IMG/VR virus record: IMGVR_UViG_3300044297_000138
Location: 110,536 to 174,535 of that record
Length of the DNA: 64,000 bases
Direction: 5' to 3' (one strand)
Source: a virus
Taxonomy: Duplodnaviria; Caudoviricetes
The notes beneath the pieces were generated by a model. That model was not told where the DNA came from and searched no databases. It was given only the letters and a program-made list of their open reading frames with translations. Below are positions 39,481-50,792 of the stretch, piece after piece. The first letter of the stretch is position 1, and each line of letters starts with the position of its first letter. Made by a program: the position numbers and the translations under genes.

Positions 39481-39897
39481 ATGATGCCTCTTGGTAAATA
39501 TTATATTGGTGATTTGTGTTATGTGATGACCGATGAAGAATGGGACCAATTGTGCAGTATCACCATCAAGGATCATAAATGTCTTGAAGGTGAATTCAAT
39601 CTGCCTGATGGTCGCCGTTTCGCCATGTATAGCACAATGTGGGGTGATGGATGTTATAATGACCAATTTGGAAAAGAATATTGTGTGGATTCTGGATCCA
39701 TTGGTTGTATTCTTGTGTCGGATATTCGTGCTGAAAAGTATGATGACATTGAACAACTCGGTGCCTTTGTGACATTCAATAATGATTTTGAAACCAGTGG
39801 ATGCATCAAAGGCCGTGATTCTAATGGAACTATCACCATAGGACATATCAGAATTGAAACTGATCCTGTATATGAAGATAAGGAAGAAGATTACTGA
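39481..39897 (+). CDS. Conserved phage hypothetical protein
   Basis: YYIGDLCYV...T.WGDG.Y...VDSGSIG. Confidence 0.6.
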   Translation: MMPLGKYYIGDLCYVMTDEEWDQLCSITIKDHKCLEGEFNLPDGRRFAMYSTMWGDGCYNDQFGKEYCVDSGSIGCILVSDIRAEKYDDIEQLGAFVTFNNDFETSGCIKGRDSNGTITIGHIRIETDPVYEDKEEDY

Positions 39898-40478
39898 TGT
39901 TCATGTTTGATGTTGAAACACTTGGCAAAAGATCCAATTCTGTGATCTTGTCCATGGCCTGTATTCATTTTGATCCATTGCAGAAACCATCACCACAACA
40001 AATGCGTGAAGGTGCCTTTTTTGCAAAGTTTAAGGTAAAGGAACAGGCACAAAAATTCGGACGTGAAATCAATCAACCTACCGTGGATTGGTGGGTTAAA
40101 CAATGTGAAAATGCAAAGGTAGCATCATACAAACCATCACACCATGATGTTGACTTTGAAGTTGGTTATGAAGCCATGCGTGAATGGGTGGCCGAAAAGA
40201 ATGACAATAAGTCTTGGGTTTGGGCAAGAGGCAATCTGGATCAACTTGTGATGGATGATATTGAAGAACAGATTGGCCTTACGCCCATTTTTCCTTATGC
40301 GAGGTGGCGTGATGTAAGAACTGCCATTGATTTTTTGTATGAAACCGACAATGGATATACGGATGTGGACTATCCAGGATTCGATTCCAGAAATCACATA
40401 ACTAAGCATAATCCAATAGATGATTGTTTATTGGATGCAATGATGTTAATGTATGGTGTTAAAAAGGAGATAATATGA
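39897..40478 (+). CDS. DEDDh 3'-5' exonuclease (DexA-like)
   Basis: FDVETLG, WARG..D, RDVRT, HNPIDD. Confidence 0.8.
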   Translation: MFMFDVETLGKRSNSVILSMACIHFDPLQKPSPQQMREGAFFAKFKVKEQAQKFGREINQPTVDWWVKQCENAKVASYKPSHHDVDFEVGYEAMREWVAEKNDNKSWVWARGNLDQLVMDDIEEQIGLTPIFPYARWRDVRTAIDFLYETDNGYTDVDYPGFDSRNHITKHNPIDDCLLDAMMLMYGVKKEII

Positions 40479-40735
40479 GCGATCAAGATCAAAAAGAAAA
40501 GCACAGCAAACGCCTCCAACGAGAAATGAATGCCATTAAAAGGCAACAAAGAATTGCCAAGGCATATGGCGCACCAGATCACCCGTATGAAGCACACCGA
40601 TTAGCCAAACACCACGCCATGGATTGTGGAAATCCTGAATGTGGGTTGTGTGGTAATCCCAGACACATTTACAAACATGGTAAAACCCTACAGGAATATT
40701 CCTTTGAACAAACCGACAAGTGGACCGAGGAATAA
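40475..40735 (+). CDS. Small Cys/His-containing protein
   Basis: HHAMDCGNPECGLCGNPR. Confidence 0.55.
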   Translation: MSDQDQKEKHSKRLQREMNAIKRQQRIAKAYGAPDHPYEAHRLAKHHAMDCGNPECGLCGNPRHIYKHGKTLQEYSFEQTDKWTEE

Positions 40736-40749
40736 TACCGAAATAATGC

Positions 40750-40778
40750 TTGCCAACCACACCCGGTTGGTATATAAT
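40750..40778 (+). promoter_or_regulatory. sigma70-type promoter
   Basis: TTGCCA-17-TATAAT. Confidence 0.75.
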
Positions 40779-40807
40779 ATGAATTCCTTTTGTTATGGAG
40801 AACTTGA

Positions 40808-41947
40808 ATGTCTTTGAATCGTAATCAAACCGCCTTTGTGAAGGCCGCCGAACAACTGTTTGGTGTTGGTTCTGTTTTAACCCGTGATGGTATTGACCAT
40901 GTATGTGAAGAAAGTAATCTTTCATATCCATATTGGTTGGTAACTAAATCTGAATACCGATATGGCCGTGGTCAATACAAACTGCCAAGCATTGGCACCA
41001 AGGCTGAAGTGAAAGAGCCTGAACTTGAAGTTGCTATGGCTGCACAAGTGTTGACATTCAAACAACCTAAGTTGGAAGATACATCTGATGTATCCATTCC
41101 AACCAAATATCCTGATTATGTTCCGTTTGGCTTTTTCAAAGACATGAAGAACATCATCACATCTAAACAATTCTATCCCGTATTCGTTACTGGCCTTTCA
41201 GGCAACGGCAAGACCTTGATGGTTGAACAAGTGTGTGCCGAACTTGGTCGTGAATGTATCCGTGTGAATATTTCCGTTGAAACTGATGAGACTGACCTGT
41301 TGGGTGGTCCTACATTGGTCAATGGTAATGTGGTCAATCGTGATGGTCCTGTGATTACTGCCATGAAGCGTGGCGCCATTCTGTTGATTGATGAAGTTGA
41401 CCGTGGTTCAAACAAACTGATGTGTTTGCAAGGTATCTTAGAAGGCAAACCACATTACAATAAAAAATCTGGTGAGTTGGTTCATCCTGCTGCCGGTTTC
41501 AATGTGATTGCTACTGCAAACACCAAAGGTCGTGGTTCAGAAGAAGGCCGTTACCTGTCACAAATTCTTGATGATGCATTTTTGGAACGATTTCCAATTA
41601 CTGTTGAACAGGATTATCCTGATGCAAAGACCGAGAAAAAGATTCTTGCGCCTTTGATTCCCGATGAAGATTTTGTAAACAACCTCTGCCAATGGGCTGA
41701 TGTGGTTCGCCAATCATTTGAACAAGGCGCAACCGATGAGATTATTTCTACTCGCCGTTTGGTGCATATTGCCAAGGCGTATACCATTTTCAAAGACCGT
41801 ATGAAAGCCATTGAATTGTGTGTTGCTCGTTTTGATGAAGAAACCAAGACCGCATTTCTTGACCTTTATACTAAGGTTGATGAAAAAGCTAAAGCACCTG
41901 CTGAAGCAAAACCCGTGGAAGATCCTACCAAGGAAATTCCGTTTTAA
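40808..41947 (+). CDS. cobS: CobS/MoxR-family AAA+ ATPase
   Basis: GLSGNGKT, LLIDEVD, ATANTKG, AFLERF, ISTRRL. Confidence 0.85.
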   Translation: MSLNRNQTAFVKAAEQLFGVGSVLTRDGIDHVCEESNLSYPYWLVTKSEYRYGRGQYKLPSIGTKAEVKEPELEVAMAAQVLTFKQPKLEDTSDVSIPTKYPDYVPFGFFKDMKNIITSKQFYPVFVTGLSGNGKTLMVEQVCAELGRECIRVNISVETDETDLLGGPTLVNGNVVNRDGPVITAMKRGAILLIDEVDRGSNKLMCLQGILEGKPHYNKKSGELVHPAAGFNVIATANTKGRGSEEGRYLSQILDDAFLERFPITVEQDYPDAKTEKKILAPLIPDEDFVNNLCQWADVVRQSFEQGATDEIISTRRLVHIAKAYTIFKDRMKAIELCVARFDEETKTAFLDLYTKVDEKAKAPAEAKPVEDPTKEIPF

Positions 41948-41969
41948 TTATATAATGAAAGGAACTAAT

Positions 41970-44253
41970 ATGAACACCGTTCGTAAAGGTAAAGTGAATC
42001 GCCATGAAAAAATCACACAGGTTCTCCTGTCTGGTAAAGTGGTGACTGTTGATGAAATCAATGCTGTGTTTAAAGGCACAGACCAAGAAGCCGTATTGTA
42101 TCGGCTACCCACCAACATTTACAATATTCGCAAAGATGGCGGTATTGTGAAGGTCTTTAAAGATGGCCGCCGTGTCACTGGTTATCAATTGGTGAATTAC
42201 ACCGAGTTTGATAAGAATGGCCGTTATGTTGGTTCTACCAAACAGGCACAACCTGTTGAAACCAAAGAAGTTGAATCTGTCTAAATGAATGACTATGACT
42301 TCCACAATCTGGAGTTTTTGATGAACATTACGGATGCCGATTTTGACGATTGGTTGAATCAGGCATCCGATGATGACATTGATTATGCTCTTGAGTTAAT
42401 TAAGTTGGCCAAATTGGAACTCATTGATGATGTTGACAATTTTGATGAGGCTATGGCTGTAATTCAAAAAATTAAGGACATGTAATATGGTTACAATTGT
42501 AAAACATGAATGGCATTCTGTTGATAGTCAATTTGCTTTTGAACTTGAAAGAGAATTGTTGGAAGAAATTTATCCGGATATGGATGAAGATGAACTTGAT
42601 GAATTGTGGGCAAAGGTTGAATCAGGTGAAGCCGACCTTGATGAAATTTTAGATGAGGCCGACAATAATAGTATTGATATTGATTGGGATCGTCAATATG
42701 ATGATTGGTATTCTGACCGTAAAGGTGGTTACGATATTACATATGAATATGGTGACGAAGATAGTTGGGTAGAACAACCCAAAGAACCTGAACCTTCACA
42801 TAAATGTACCAATTGTAAATGGGAAGGACGTAGTTATCATGCTGAGAAGCAATATCTAAGAGCTGATGGCACAATCATTGAAGATTATTGGACTTCCGAT
42901 GAAGAATGTTCATCTGTTAAAGATGTTTGTCCTATGTGTGATAGTGAACTTGAACTGACCGAAGTTGGACTTCAGGAAGAAAAAGAACACGCAGAGTGGG
43001 AAAAGAAATGGGAGGAAGAAAATGCTGATGAAGATTCTAAGTAAAATTCAAGATTGGTCAAATTATTACAACACACAGATTACCTGGTTTTTCCTTGGTT
43101 TCTTTTTGTGTGATATGTTGGTTAAAATTGGCCAGCGTGAATGGTGGAATGTCCTTTGGGATATTGTTATAATTCTTTTAATGTATTCTACTAGAAAGAT
43201 GAGGGTTTAAAATGGCAACTTGGCGTGTATCTCCACTATGGAAAAAATCCATCATTGAATACAATCACATGACCAAAGACGATAACGAAATTGTTATTGA
43301 AACTGGTTGGCGTGGTGGTTCTTTCTATGTTTACACCGATGATGACAATCCTCCCGTATTGGAACCTGGTGTTGACATTTTGAATTGTGATTATGAATCA
43401 GAATTGATTGAAACCTTTGATGGTTGTTGGGAAGAACATCACATGGATGATTGTGATGATGATACCCGTGAATGGTTGGAAGAATTTTTGGAAGATAATT
43501 CTTACTTTGATTTGGAAGAACATGGTTGGATTTTCTCTGATAGTGAAATGATTATTGACTGTGACATGGAAATTGTCCGTATTGATGATGAAGGTAATGA
43601 AGTTGGTGAAAAAATCACAACTGAGAGTGAGGAAGAACCTGAATCAAATACGGATGTGAAACTTACACCTAACGCTGCATGGCCATTTGGAAATTAAGAT
43701 GAATGAAGAAAAACTAATTCAAATCTCACAAGAGATTGATGAAGCATTATTGGATATTGCTGAAAAGCATGATGCCAATTTTTTGAGTTTTGCTGCATTG
43801 GTACTGGCTAGATTGGCAAGGTTGAGCATTGATTTGGAAGAACAAGAAATTTTTGTTCGGTTGATGAAAGAATCTTGTGTTTTGATTGGAAATATTCCAA
43901 AAACGGAAACACCAAACATTCATTGATATATGGCTTCATCAAACACATTCAATTGGGAACCAAAATGGGCCGATAAACTAGAAAATTTTGACGTAACTCA
44001 TACTCCTTTGCAAGGACAAATGGTTATCGCCACTTTTCAGGTTGATGCATTAAAGATGCAAGCACATGTTTTTAGTGAAGATGAAATTAAAAAAGAATTG
44101 ATAGATAAATTACTATACGAATTGTGGAATAGAAATTGTATTGAATTTACCAAACAAGAGGATCATTTAACAGGCAGACACTTTTTCCGTGCGAGAATAT
44201 ATGCCTTGCCTGATGACCAGGTGAGAATTGTCCGGCAAAATAATGTAGTATGA
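41970..44253 (+). CDS. Run of hypothetical genes, several highly acidic (41970-42284, 42285-42485, 42487-43044, about 43028-43210, 43212-43697, 43699-43926, 43930-44253)
   Basis: Coupled ORFs; 41970 resembles a winged helix; 42285, 42487 and 43212 are D/E-rich. Confidence 0.55.
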
Positions 44254-44262
44254 AAGACTTAC

Positions 44263-44291
44263 TTGACAGCCTTTTGGTAATCGTGTATAAT
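44263..44291 (+). promoter_or_regulatory. sigma70-type promoter with about 100-nt leader
   Basis: TTGACA-17-TATAAT with extended TG. Confidence 0.8.
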
Positions 44292-44398
44292 CTAACCATA
44301 TTAGGTGGTACAGTTTACCTGGTTGCCGAAAAAGATTGGAGTCCTTGGTGGTTCGTTCTATCGGTATTGTTAATGTTAAGTAAAACGAAAGATAAAAA

Positions 44399-45301
44399 AT
44401 GAAAATCGCCGTTTGTTCGGACCTACACCTTGAATTTGGTCCCATCAGCCTTGAAAACAAAGACAATGCTGATGTGTTGATCCTGTCCGGTGATATTTGT
44501 GTGGCCAGAGATTTGCGTGAAAAAGATGATTTCAATTTTAAAGGTGAACGCAACAAATCTAATCAATATCACACTTTCTTTCAAGAATGTTGTGAAAGAT
44601 TTACCAATGTGATTTATGTTATGGGTAACCATGAACATTATAATGGTGATTTTGCAAAAACATATAACACATTGAAGGAACGCCTTGGTTATTTGTCCAA
44701 CCTGCACGTTATGGAAAAAGAATTTTTCGTGATTGGTAGTGTTTGCTTTGCCGCTGGTACTCTTTGGACTGATATGAACAAGGAAGATCCAAACACATTG
44801 TATGCAATTAGGCGTTACATGAATGATTTCCGTATCATTGAAGATTCATCCTCACCCGTGCAATACAAAGAACATGAATATGGCAAAACAGAAGATGGCA
44901 AAACAGATTGGAATAATGTGATTGGCACAACATTTCACACTCGTCCTGGAATGTTTACACCAGAACAGTCTGTGCGTGAACACAAAGATGTGTTGCAATT
45001 CATCCGTGATTCTATTGCTTCACGGCCTGAAATGCCTTGGGTTGTGGTTGGTCACCATGCGCCTAGCAAACAATCTACAAAGCCAAGGTATAAGAATGAT
45101 ACCATGGTGAATGGTGCATACAGTTCCGATTTGTCTGAATTCATTTTGGATCATCCACAAATCAAACTGTGGACACATGGACACACACATGATACCTTTG
45201 ACTATATGATTGGTAGCACTCGTATTGTTTGTAATCCCCGTGGTTACATTAATTATGAAGGCCGTGCTGATGAATTTGAATTGAAAACTGTGGAGATTTA
45301 A
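44399..45301 (+). CDS. Calcineurin-like metallophosphoesterase
   Basis: DLH, GD, GNHE, HH, GHTH. Confidence 0.9.
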   Translation: MKIAVCSDLHLEFGPISLENKDNADVLILSGDICVARDLREKDDFNFKGERNKSNQYHTFFQECCERFTNVIYVMGNHEHYNGDFAKTYNTLKERLGYLSNLHVMEKEFFVIGSVCFAAGTLWTDMNKEDPNTLYAIRRYMNDFRIIEDSSSPVQYKEHEYGKTEDGKTDWNNVIGTTFHTRPGMFTPEQSVREHKDVLQFIRDSIASRPEMPWVVVGHHAPSKQSTKPRYKNDTMVNGAYSSDLSEFILDHPQIKLWTHGHTHDTFDYMIGSTRIVCNPRGYINYEGRADEFELKTVEI

Positions 45302-45459
45302 TCATGTATGATTTGTATGATTTTGGAATGTATGTATTGTTTGAAATTGAATATCAACTAGATATTAGAGAGCAATGTATTACAGCATATGATCGTGAAT
45401 GGAAGCAAGGTCATATTGACCTTCTGAAAAATATTCTTAAACCTTTGATGTGAGTTAAA

Positions 45460-45738
45460 ATGGAAAAGAAACTATATCTTGTTGAAACTGTCAGTATCTT
45501 CCGTCATCGTTATGTGGTTGAGGCTAAAGAAGCCGAACATGCGAATGATGAAGTTGTTTGCAATAATGGTAACTTGGAAGAATTTTCACAGAAACATATT
45601 GCTGAAAATATTACCACAACCCGTGAAATTACCGCAGACGAATACATGAAATTGTTTGATGAAGATAATGATTATCTAAAACAATGGACTGATGTTGAGA
45701 AAATGCAATTTGTTAATGTGATTGATTATAAAGAATGA
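45460..45738 (+). CDS. Hypothetical protein
   Basis: LVETVSIFRHRYVVE; coupled to the downstream gene. Confidence 0.55.
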   Translation: MEKKLYLVETVSIFRHRYVVEAKEAEHANDEVVCNNGNLEEFSQKHIAENITTTREITADEYMKLFDEDNDYLKQWTDVEKMQFVNVIDYKE

Positions 45739-46757
45739 AAAAAGTATTGATTACCGGCGGCGCCGGCTTTATTGCACACCATGTGATTGACCATATTCTG
45801 TCAACAACCGACTGGAACATTGTTACACTTGATCGCCTTGATTTTAGTGGCAATTTGAATCGTTTGCATGAGGTGATGGAACTGCACGACAAACGCCGTG
45901 TTAAGATTGTGTACCATGACTTGAAAGCAGAAGTTAGTCCAATGATTGCGGAAATGCTTGGTGATATCAATATCGTCTTGCATTTGGCCGCTGGTTCTCA
46001 TGTTGATCGTTCTATTGAATTTCCTATGGAATTTGTTATGGACAATGTGGTTGGAACGGTCAACATCCTTAACTATGCACGAACACTTAAAAACCTAGAG
46101 AAGTTTGTTTATTTCTCTACTGATGAAGTGTTTGGTCCTGCGCCAGTTGGTGTTAATTATGGAGAATATGATCGGTACAATTCAACAAATCCATATTCTG
46201 CTTCAAAGGCAGGTGGTGAAGAAATGTGTGTTGCATTTGAAAACACATACAAGATGCCGATTGTAATTACACATACAATGAATGTATTTGGTGAACGCCA
46301 GCACCCTGAAAAATTTATTCCGTTGTGCATTAAGAAGGCTCGTGATGGTGAAATGGTTCGTATTCATGCTGATCCAACCAAAACTATTCCAGGTAGCCGT
46401 CATTACATTCATGCAAAAGATGTGGCAGAAGGTTTAATGTTTATCGTAACACAATTGAAAGATTACACCTATTTTGAACCTAATGGTTTGAAGGTGATTC
46501 CTAAATTCAATCTTGTGGGACCGGAAGAAACAGATAACTTGGCATTGGCCAAGATGATTGCTGCTGCACAAGGTAAAGAAATGAATTATGAATTGACTGA
46601 TTTTCATTCTGCACGACCTGGACATGACCTGCGTTATGCATTGGATGGAAATTTGTTGAAGAAGTTGGGTTGGGAACCCAAGATTAAATTCAGCGAACGA
46701 ATTAATCAGGTGGTTCAATGGAGTCTTGCAAACGAACGTTGGTTGATGAGCAAATGA
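45735..46757 (+). CDS. rmlB: dTDP-glucose 4,6-dehydratase-like SDR
   Basis: GGAGFIA, HVDRSI, STDEV, YSASK, RPGHDLRY. Confidence 0.85.
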   Translation: MKKVLITGGAGFIAHHVIDHILSTTDWNIVTLDRLDFSGNLNRLHEVMELHDKRRVKIVYHDLKAEVSPMIAEMLGDINIVLHLAAGSHVDRSIEFPMEFVMDNVVGTVNILNYARTLKNLEKFVYFSTDEVFGPAPVGVNYGEYDRYNSTNPYSASKAGGEEMCVAFENTYKMPIVITHTMNVFGERQHPEKFIPLCIKKARDGEMVRIHADPTKTIPGSRHYIHAKDVAEGLMFIVTQLKDYTYFEPNGLKVIPKFNLVGPEETDNLALAKMIAAAQGKEMNYELTDFHSARPGHDLRYALDGNLLKKLGWEPKIKFSERINQVVQWSLANERWLMSK

Positions 46758-47599
46758 AAAAAGTATTAGTAACAGGTTCTTCTGGTTATATTGGTCAACA
46801 TCTTTGCCTATATCTGGCAAAGATGGGTTATCATGTAACCGGTTTGGATCGTCTAGAGTGTGGCACTGGTTGCCATGAATTCATACATCAAAGCATTTTA
46901 GATGCCGTAGATATCAAAGGTGAATATGATGCTGTGGTTCACTTGGCCGCATTGGTTCAGGTTAACATGAGCAGTAAATGTATGATGGAATACTATCGCA
47001 ACAATGTGATGGGTACCATGAATATATTGGAGCGCATTAATTACAATACATTTATCTTTGCATCAACCTGCCAAGCCAATGAATCACACACATATGGTAA
47101 AACCAAATTGATTGGTGAACATTTGGTGAAAGATTATTGTGAAGCTAAATATGTACCACACACTATTTTTAGATTCGGTAATGTTGCAGGAACCGCAGGT
47201 TATAAACCTACAAATATGGACGGATTGATGTATAATCTGATTCAGGCGAAAGAAACAGGCACATTCAATCTGTATGGTAATGATTATGATACAAAAGATG
47301 GAACTGCTTTGCGAGACTATATCCATGTGATGGAAGTTGCTTATGCAATTGAAAAGGCCATTCAACGACCAAGCCGATTCATGGGTTCGGAATCATATCC
47401 GTTCTTTGAATATCTTGGTCATGGAAGATTGTATTCTGTAATGGAATGTATTGAAGCATTTAAGAAAGCAAACAATTGTAATTTTGAAGTGAATGTAAAA
47501 CCTCGCCGACAAGGTGATCCAGCAACTGTAAATTCATATGCTGTTTCGCCATATATGTTGGAGTTACGCAAAACACTTGAAGAAATGATGAAAGTATGA
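46754..47599 (+). CDS. galE: UDP-glucose 4-epimerase-like SDR
   Basis: GSSGYIG, YGKTK, GNDYDTKDGT..RDYIHV, RR.GD. Confidence 0.75.
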   Translation: MKKVLVTGSSGYIGQHLCLYLAKMGYHVTGLDRLECGTGCHEFIHQSILDAVDIKGEYDAVVHLAALVQVNMSSKCMMEYYRNNVMGTMNILERINYNTFIFASTCQANESHTYGKTKLIGEHLVKDYCEAKYVPHTIFRFGNVAGTAGYKPTNMDGLMYNLIQAKETGTFNLYGNDYDTKDGTALRDYIHVMEVAYAIEKAIQRPSRFMGSESYPFFEYLGHGRLYSVMECIEAFKKANNCNFEVNVKPRRQGDPATVNSYAVSPYMLELRKTLEEMMKV

Positions 47600-49784
47600 A
47601 AGTCTATATCAACAAATACAAAGATCATTGGATTAGTCCATACACAATGTTGGACTATATTTTCTTTTGGACTGATTGGTCTAAATGCAGCCGTAATCGC
47701 AGTTTGCAAAATGCCATTGGTGAAATGAATGGTGATTACAAATACATTGAACATCCAGAATGGGTTGAGAAATGGTCTGACCGTTTGGTGCCTATCAGCA
47801 AGGCCATTCAATGGGTGTGGGGTTTGTTTGACCGCAAAATTGATTATGTAAAGATTGACCGTTGGGACACCTGGTCCATGGATTACACTTTGTCTCACAT
47901 TATTCTTCCTATGTTGAAACAGTTGAAGGCAACCACACACGGTTCACCTTATGTTGATGATGAAGATGTACCAGAAGAATTGAAATCAACATCTGCACCA
48001 CCAAAAGAAAACCAGTATGATACTGATGACAATCATCATAAGCGTTGGGAATATGTTTTGAGTGAAATGATTTTTGCATTTGAACACAAGGTTGATGATA
48101 CATGGGAAGATGCATTTCGTTCAGGTGAATCTGATTGGAAAATGGTGCCTGTTGACAAAGATGGTAATGAAGTACCGAAAGGTGAACACAAATATTATCA
48201 GATGAGGGAAGGACCAGGCCATACATATCAATGTGATTATGATGGCATCAACGCAATTCGTGAACGTATGAAGAATGGTTTCCGTTTGTTTGGAAAATAT
48301 TATGAAGGACTGTGGGACTAATGAGTAAATTAAATGAACATGCAAGAATGGAATTCAAAGCCGCTGGTTGGTTAGATGATACTGGTGCATATCTTGATGA
48401 AATGCAAGGTGCGATATGTGAACATGTATTGGAACTATTAACAGTATTTTCTAATGAAGGACATTCAGGTACAACCGCACCATATACGGTTGACATATTC
48501 AAAAAATTGGCCATGTTTGAACCACTTGTACCATTGACTGGTGAAGATTGGGAATGGGTTGATGTTTCTGATATGGCAGGTTCTGGTAAATGGTATCAAA
48601 ATAAACGTTGTGGCCATGTGTTCAAAGATGATACTGGTGTATATGATAGTGAAGGAATTATTTTTTATGATTGGTGTAAAAATGAAGAAACCGGCGAAAA
48701 ATACAAAAGTTATTTCACCAGCCGTGAAAGCCGAGTTCCTGTCACTTTCCCGTATACACCTAAAACTGAATACAAGGAATGGATTGAAGAATGATGAGTT
48801 TGATTCATTGGCTGTCAGCAGAACGCCGATTAGAGGCGTGTGAAAGAACAATCATTGCTTTGGGTGGTTCTAGATATAGTGACCATAACGTACCATCACA
48901 ATTGGCCGCACAAAGAGATATGATTAAATTTGAAGTAGAATATTATAAAGAGCAATCTGTTATATTTTTGGTGGTAATAGCTTCTATTGGCATCATATCA
49001 TCTATTGTTTATGTTTTTCTTACAAAGATTAGAGTATTATGAGACCCGACAAAAATTACAAAATGAGTAAACCACTCAAACGCCGTTTGGCTTTGGCTAA
49101 GTTTCCAAGCAAAGAGATTAAAGATGCATGGAAAAGAGCAATGATTGGTTCTGAATTGGCTGGTAAATCGGCCGAAAGATTTACATTTAAATAAGGAGTT
49201 ATTATGGCTACATTTGTTGAAGTGAATTCTGTTGATAAAAACTGTCCTGTGATTATCAACCTTGACCAGATTATTGAAATTGCACCATTGATTGATGGTG
49301 GTTGTATTCTGTATATGGCTGATTCTGCTGGTGTTAATGCACGCCAAGGAATTCGTGTGAGAGATGATTATAAACTGTTTACACAATTTGCTATGCAGAC
49401 TGTTACCGCAGAAGATATTGAACGCCGTTTTCCAAAAAATACAAAGAAACAACCAGCACCAGTTGCGGATATTCCTTTAGAAATTCCTAAATTGTAATGA
49501 ATGAACTATTAAAGCCAACATTTGAGTGGATTAAAAGTGATTACAAAAGCCATCGAATTCGTTTTTGTCTTGAGGTCTTGGCTTGGATTATATCTATTGG
49601 TTGCAGTATCACTATGGCCGTCACCGTGCCTAATCCACCCCTTCTTATCTTGTACCCAATCTGGATTACAGGTTGTGCTATATACGCTGGGTGTGCTTAT
49701 AGTAGGCGTTCCTTTGGTATGTTGGCTAATTACCTCTTGCTTACCACAATCGACACAATCGGATTGATACGAATGATATGGTAA
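47596..49784 (+). CDS. Run of hypothetical genes (47596-48321, 48321-48794, 48791-49042, 49204-49497, 49497-49784)
   Basis: Coupled ORFs; 48321 has F.NEGHSG..A and PL.PLTGEDWEW; 49497 is multi-TM. Confidence 0.55.
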
Positions 49785-49787
49785 TGG

Positions 49788-49816
49788 TTGCCATGTATTA
49801 TGCATTGTGATATAAT
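49788..49816 (+). promoter_or_regulatory. sigma70-type promoter
   Basis: TTGCCA-17-TATAAT with extended TG. Confidence 0.75.
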
Positions 49817-49822
49817 TATACC

Positions 49823-50404
49823 ATGAATATCTTTTATCTTGATCCTGATCCACGCACCTGTGCTGAAATGCATTGTGATAAGCATTGTGTAAAAATGATT
49901 ATTGAGTATGCACAGCTCATGTCTACGGCTCATCGTGTGATTGACGGCACGGAATATACCGATCTGACTGCCAATGGCCGCCGGATCAAACGGTGGCGCC
50001 TTGATGATGACCGTGAATCAATACTGTACAAAGCATCACACATCAACCATCCATCAGCAATCTGGTGCAGAGCCAATTATGATAACTATGTTTGGCTCTA
50101 TCGTATGTGGTTCTACCTGTGCAAAGAATATACCTATCGTTATGGCAAAGTACATTCATGTTCAAGATTAAGTGAATCACTATATCTTCCACCAAACAAT
50201 ATTGTAGCAGGTGAATTCTTTTCACCTACACCCGCCATGCCCGCTGACTGCAAAGTTATGGCAGAAAATCCTGTACCTGGTCGTAAGTATGATAGCCTCA
50301 AGTCCTACCATAAATACTATATACAGGAGAAAGTTCGTTTCGCAAAGTGGAAAAATCGTAATATACCGGAGTGGTTTGCTAATGCCTGTTTATCAGTTTC
50401 TTAA
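49823..50404 (+). CDS. Pyrimidine-dimer DNA glycosylase/DenV-related family protein
   Basis: MNIFYLD...HCDKH..KM..E.AQL.STAH...H.NHP...EY..RY.K.H. Confidence 0.6.
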   Translation: MNIFYLDPDPRTCAEMHCDKHCVKMIIEYAQLMSTAHRVIDGTEYTDLTANGRRIKRWRLDDDRESILYKASHINHPSAIWCRANYDNYVWLYRMWFYLCKEYTYRYGKVHSCSRLSESLYLPPNNIVAGEFFSPTPAMPADCKVMAENPVPGRKYDSLKSYHKYYIQEKVRFAKWKNRNIPEWFANACLSVS

Positions 50405-50663
50405 TAAAAATTCAAACGAAGTTGAAGAGCACACAATGTCATATAAGGTGCTCGACCAATTCAAAGAAGATAATCCCCATTTGGAAAGATATTTCAGTAT
50501 TGAAGGCCTTGCAGGTCTTGGTGATGGTATTCGCATGAGCACACCTGGTACAGGACAACCAGTTAAAGCATTTGAACAAGGAGTAATTCAGCGCATCAAG
50601 GATTCGGTGCCTGGAAATACATTAGCAAAAACACATAAAACAAAAATGCCGAGGGAATGGTAA
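50382..50663 (+). CDS. Conserved T4-like small protein (FmdB-like N-terminus)
   Basis: MPVYQF...DNPHL; start moved to ATG 50382 (SD ggag). Confidence 0.55.
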   Translation: MPVYQFLNKNSNEVEEHTMSYKVLDQFKEDNPHLERYFSIEGLAGLGDGIRMSTPGTGQPVKAFEQGVIQRIKDSVPGNTLAKTHKTKMPREW

Positions 50664-50792
50664 TGACACAAGTGCCGGCTCTATTTTTACCGAAAGGGTC
50701 CAATGGTAAAAAAACCACCGTGAAGAAAGCCCCATTGAAATCACAAAAGAAACATAAGCCAATTAAATTGGCAGCATTATTAGGGGGAATTA

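Noticed and set aside
40808-41947. Cobalamin biosynthesis role for cobS
   Set aside because: No other cob genes are in the window; the phage family is better read as a MoxR-type AAA+ chaperone.
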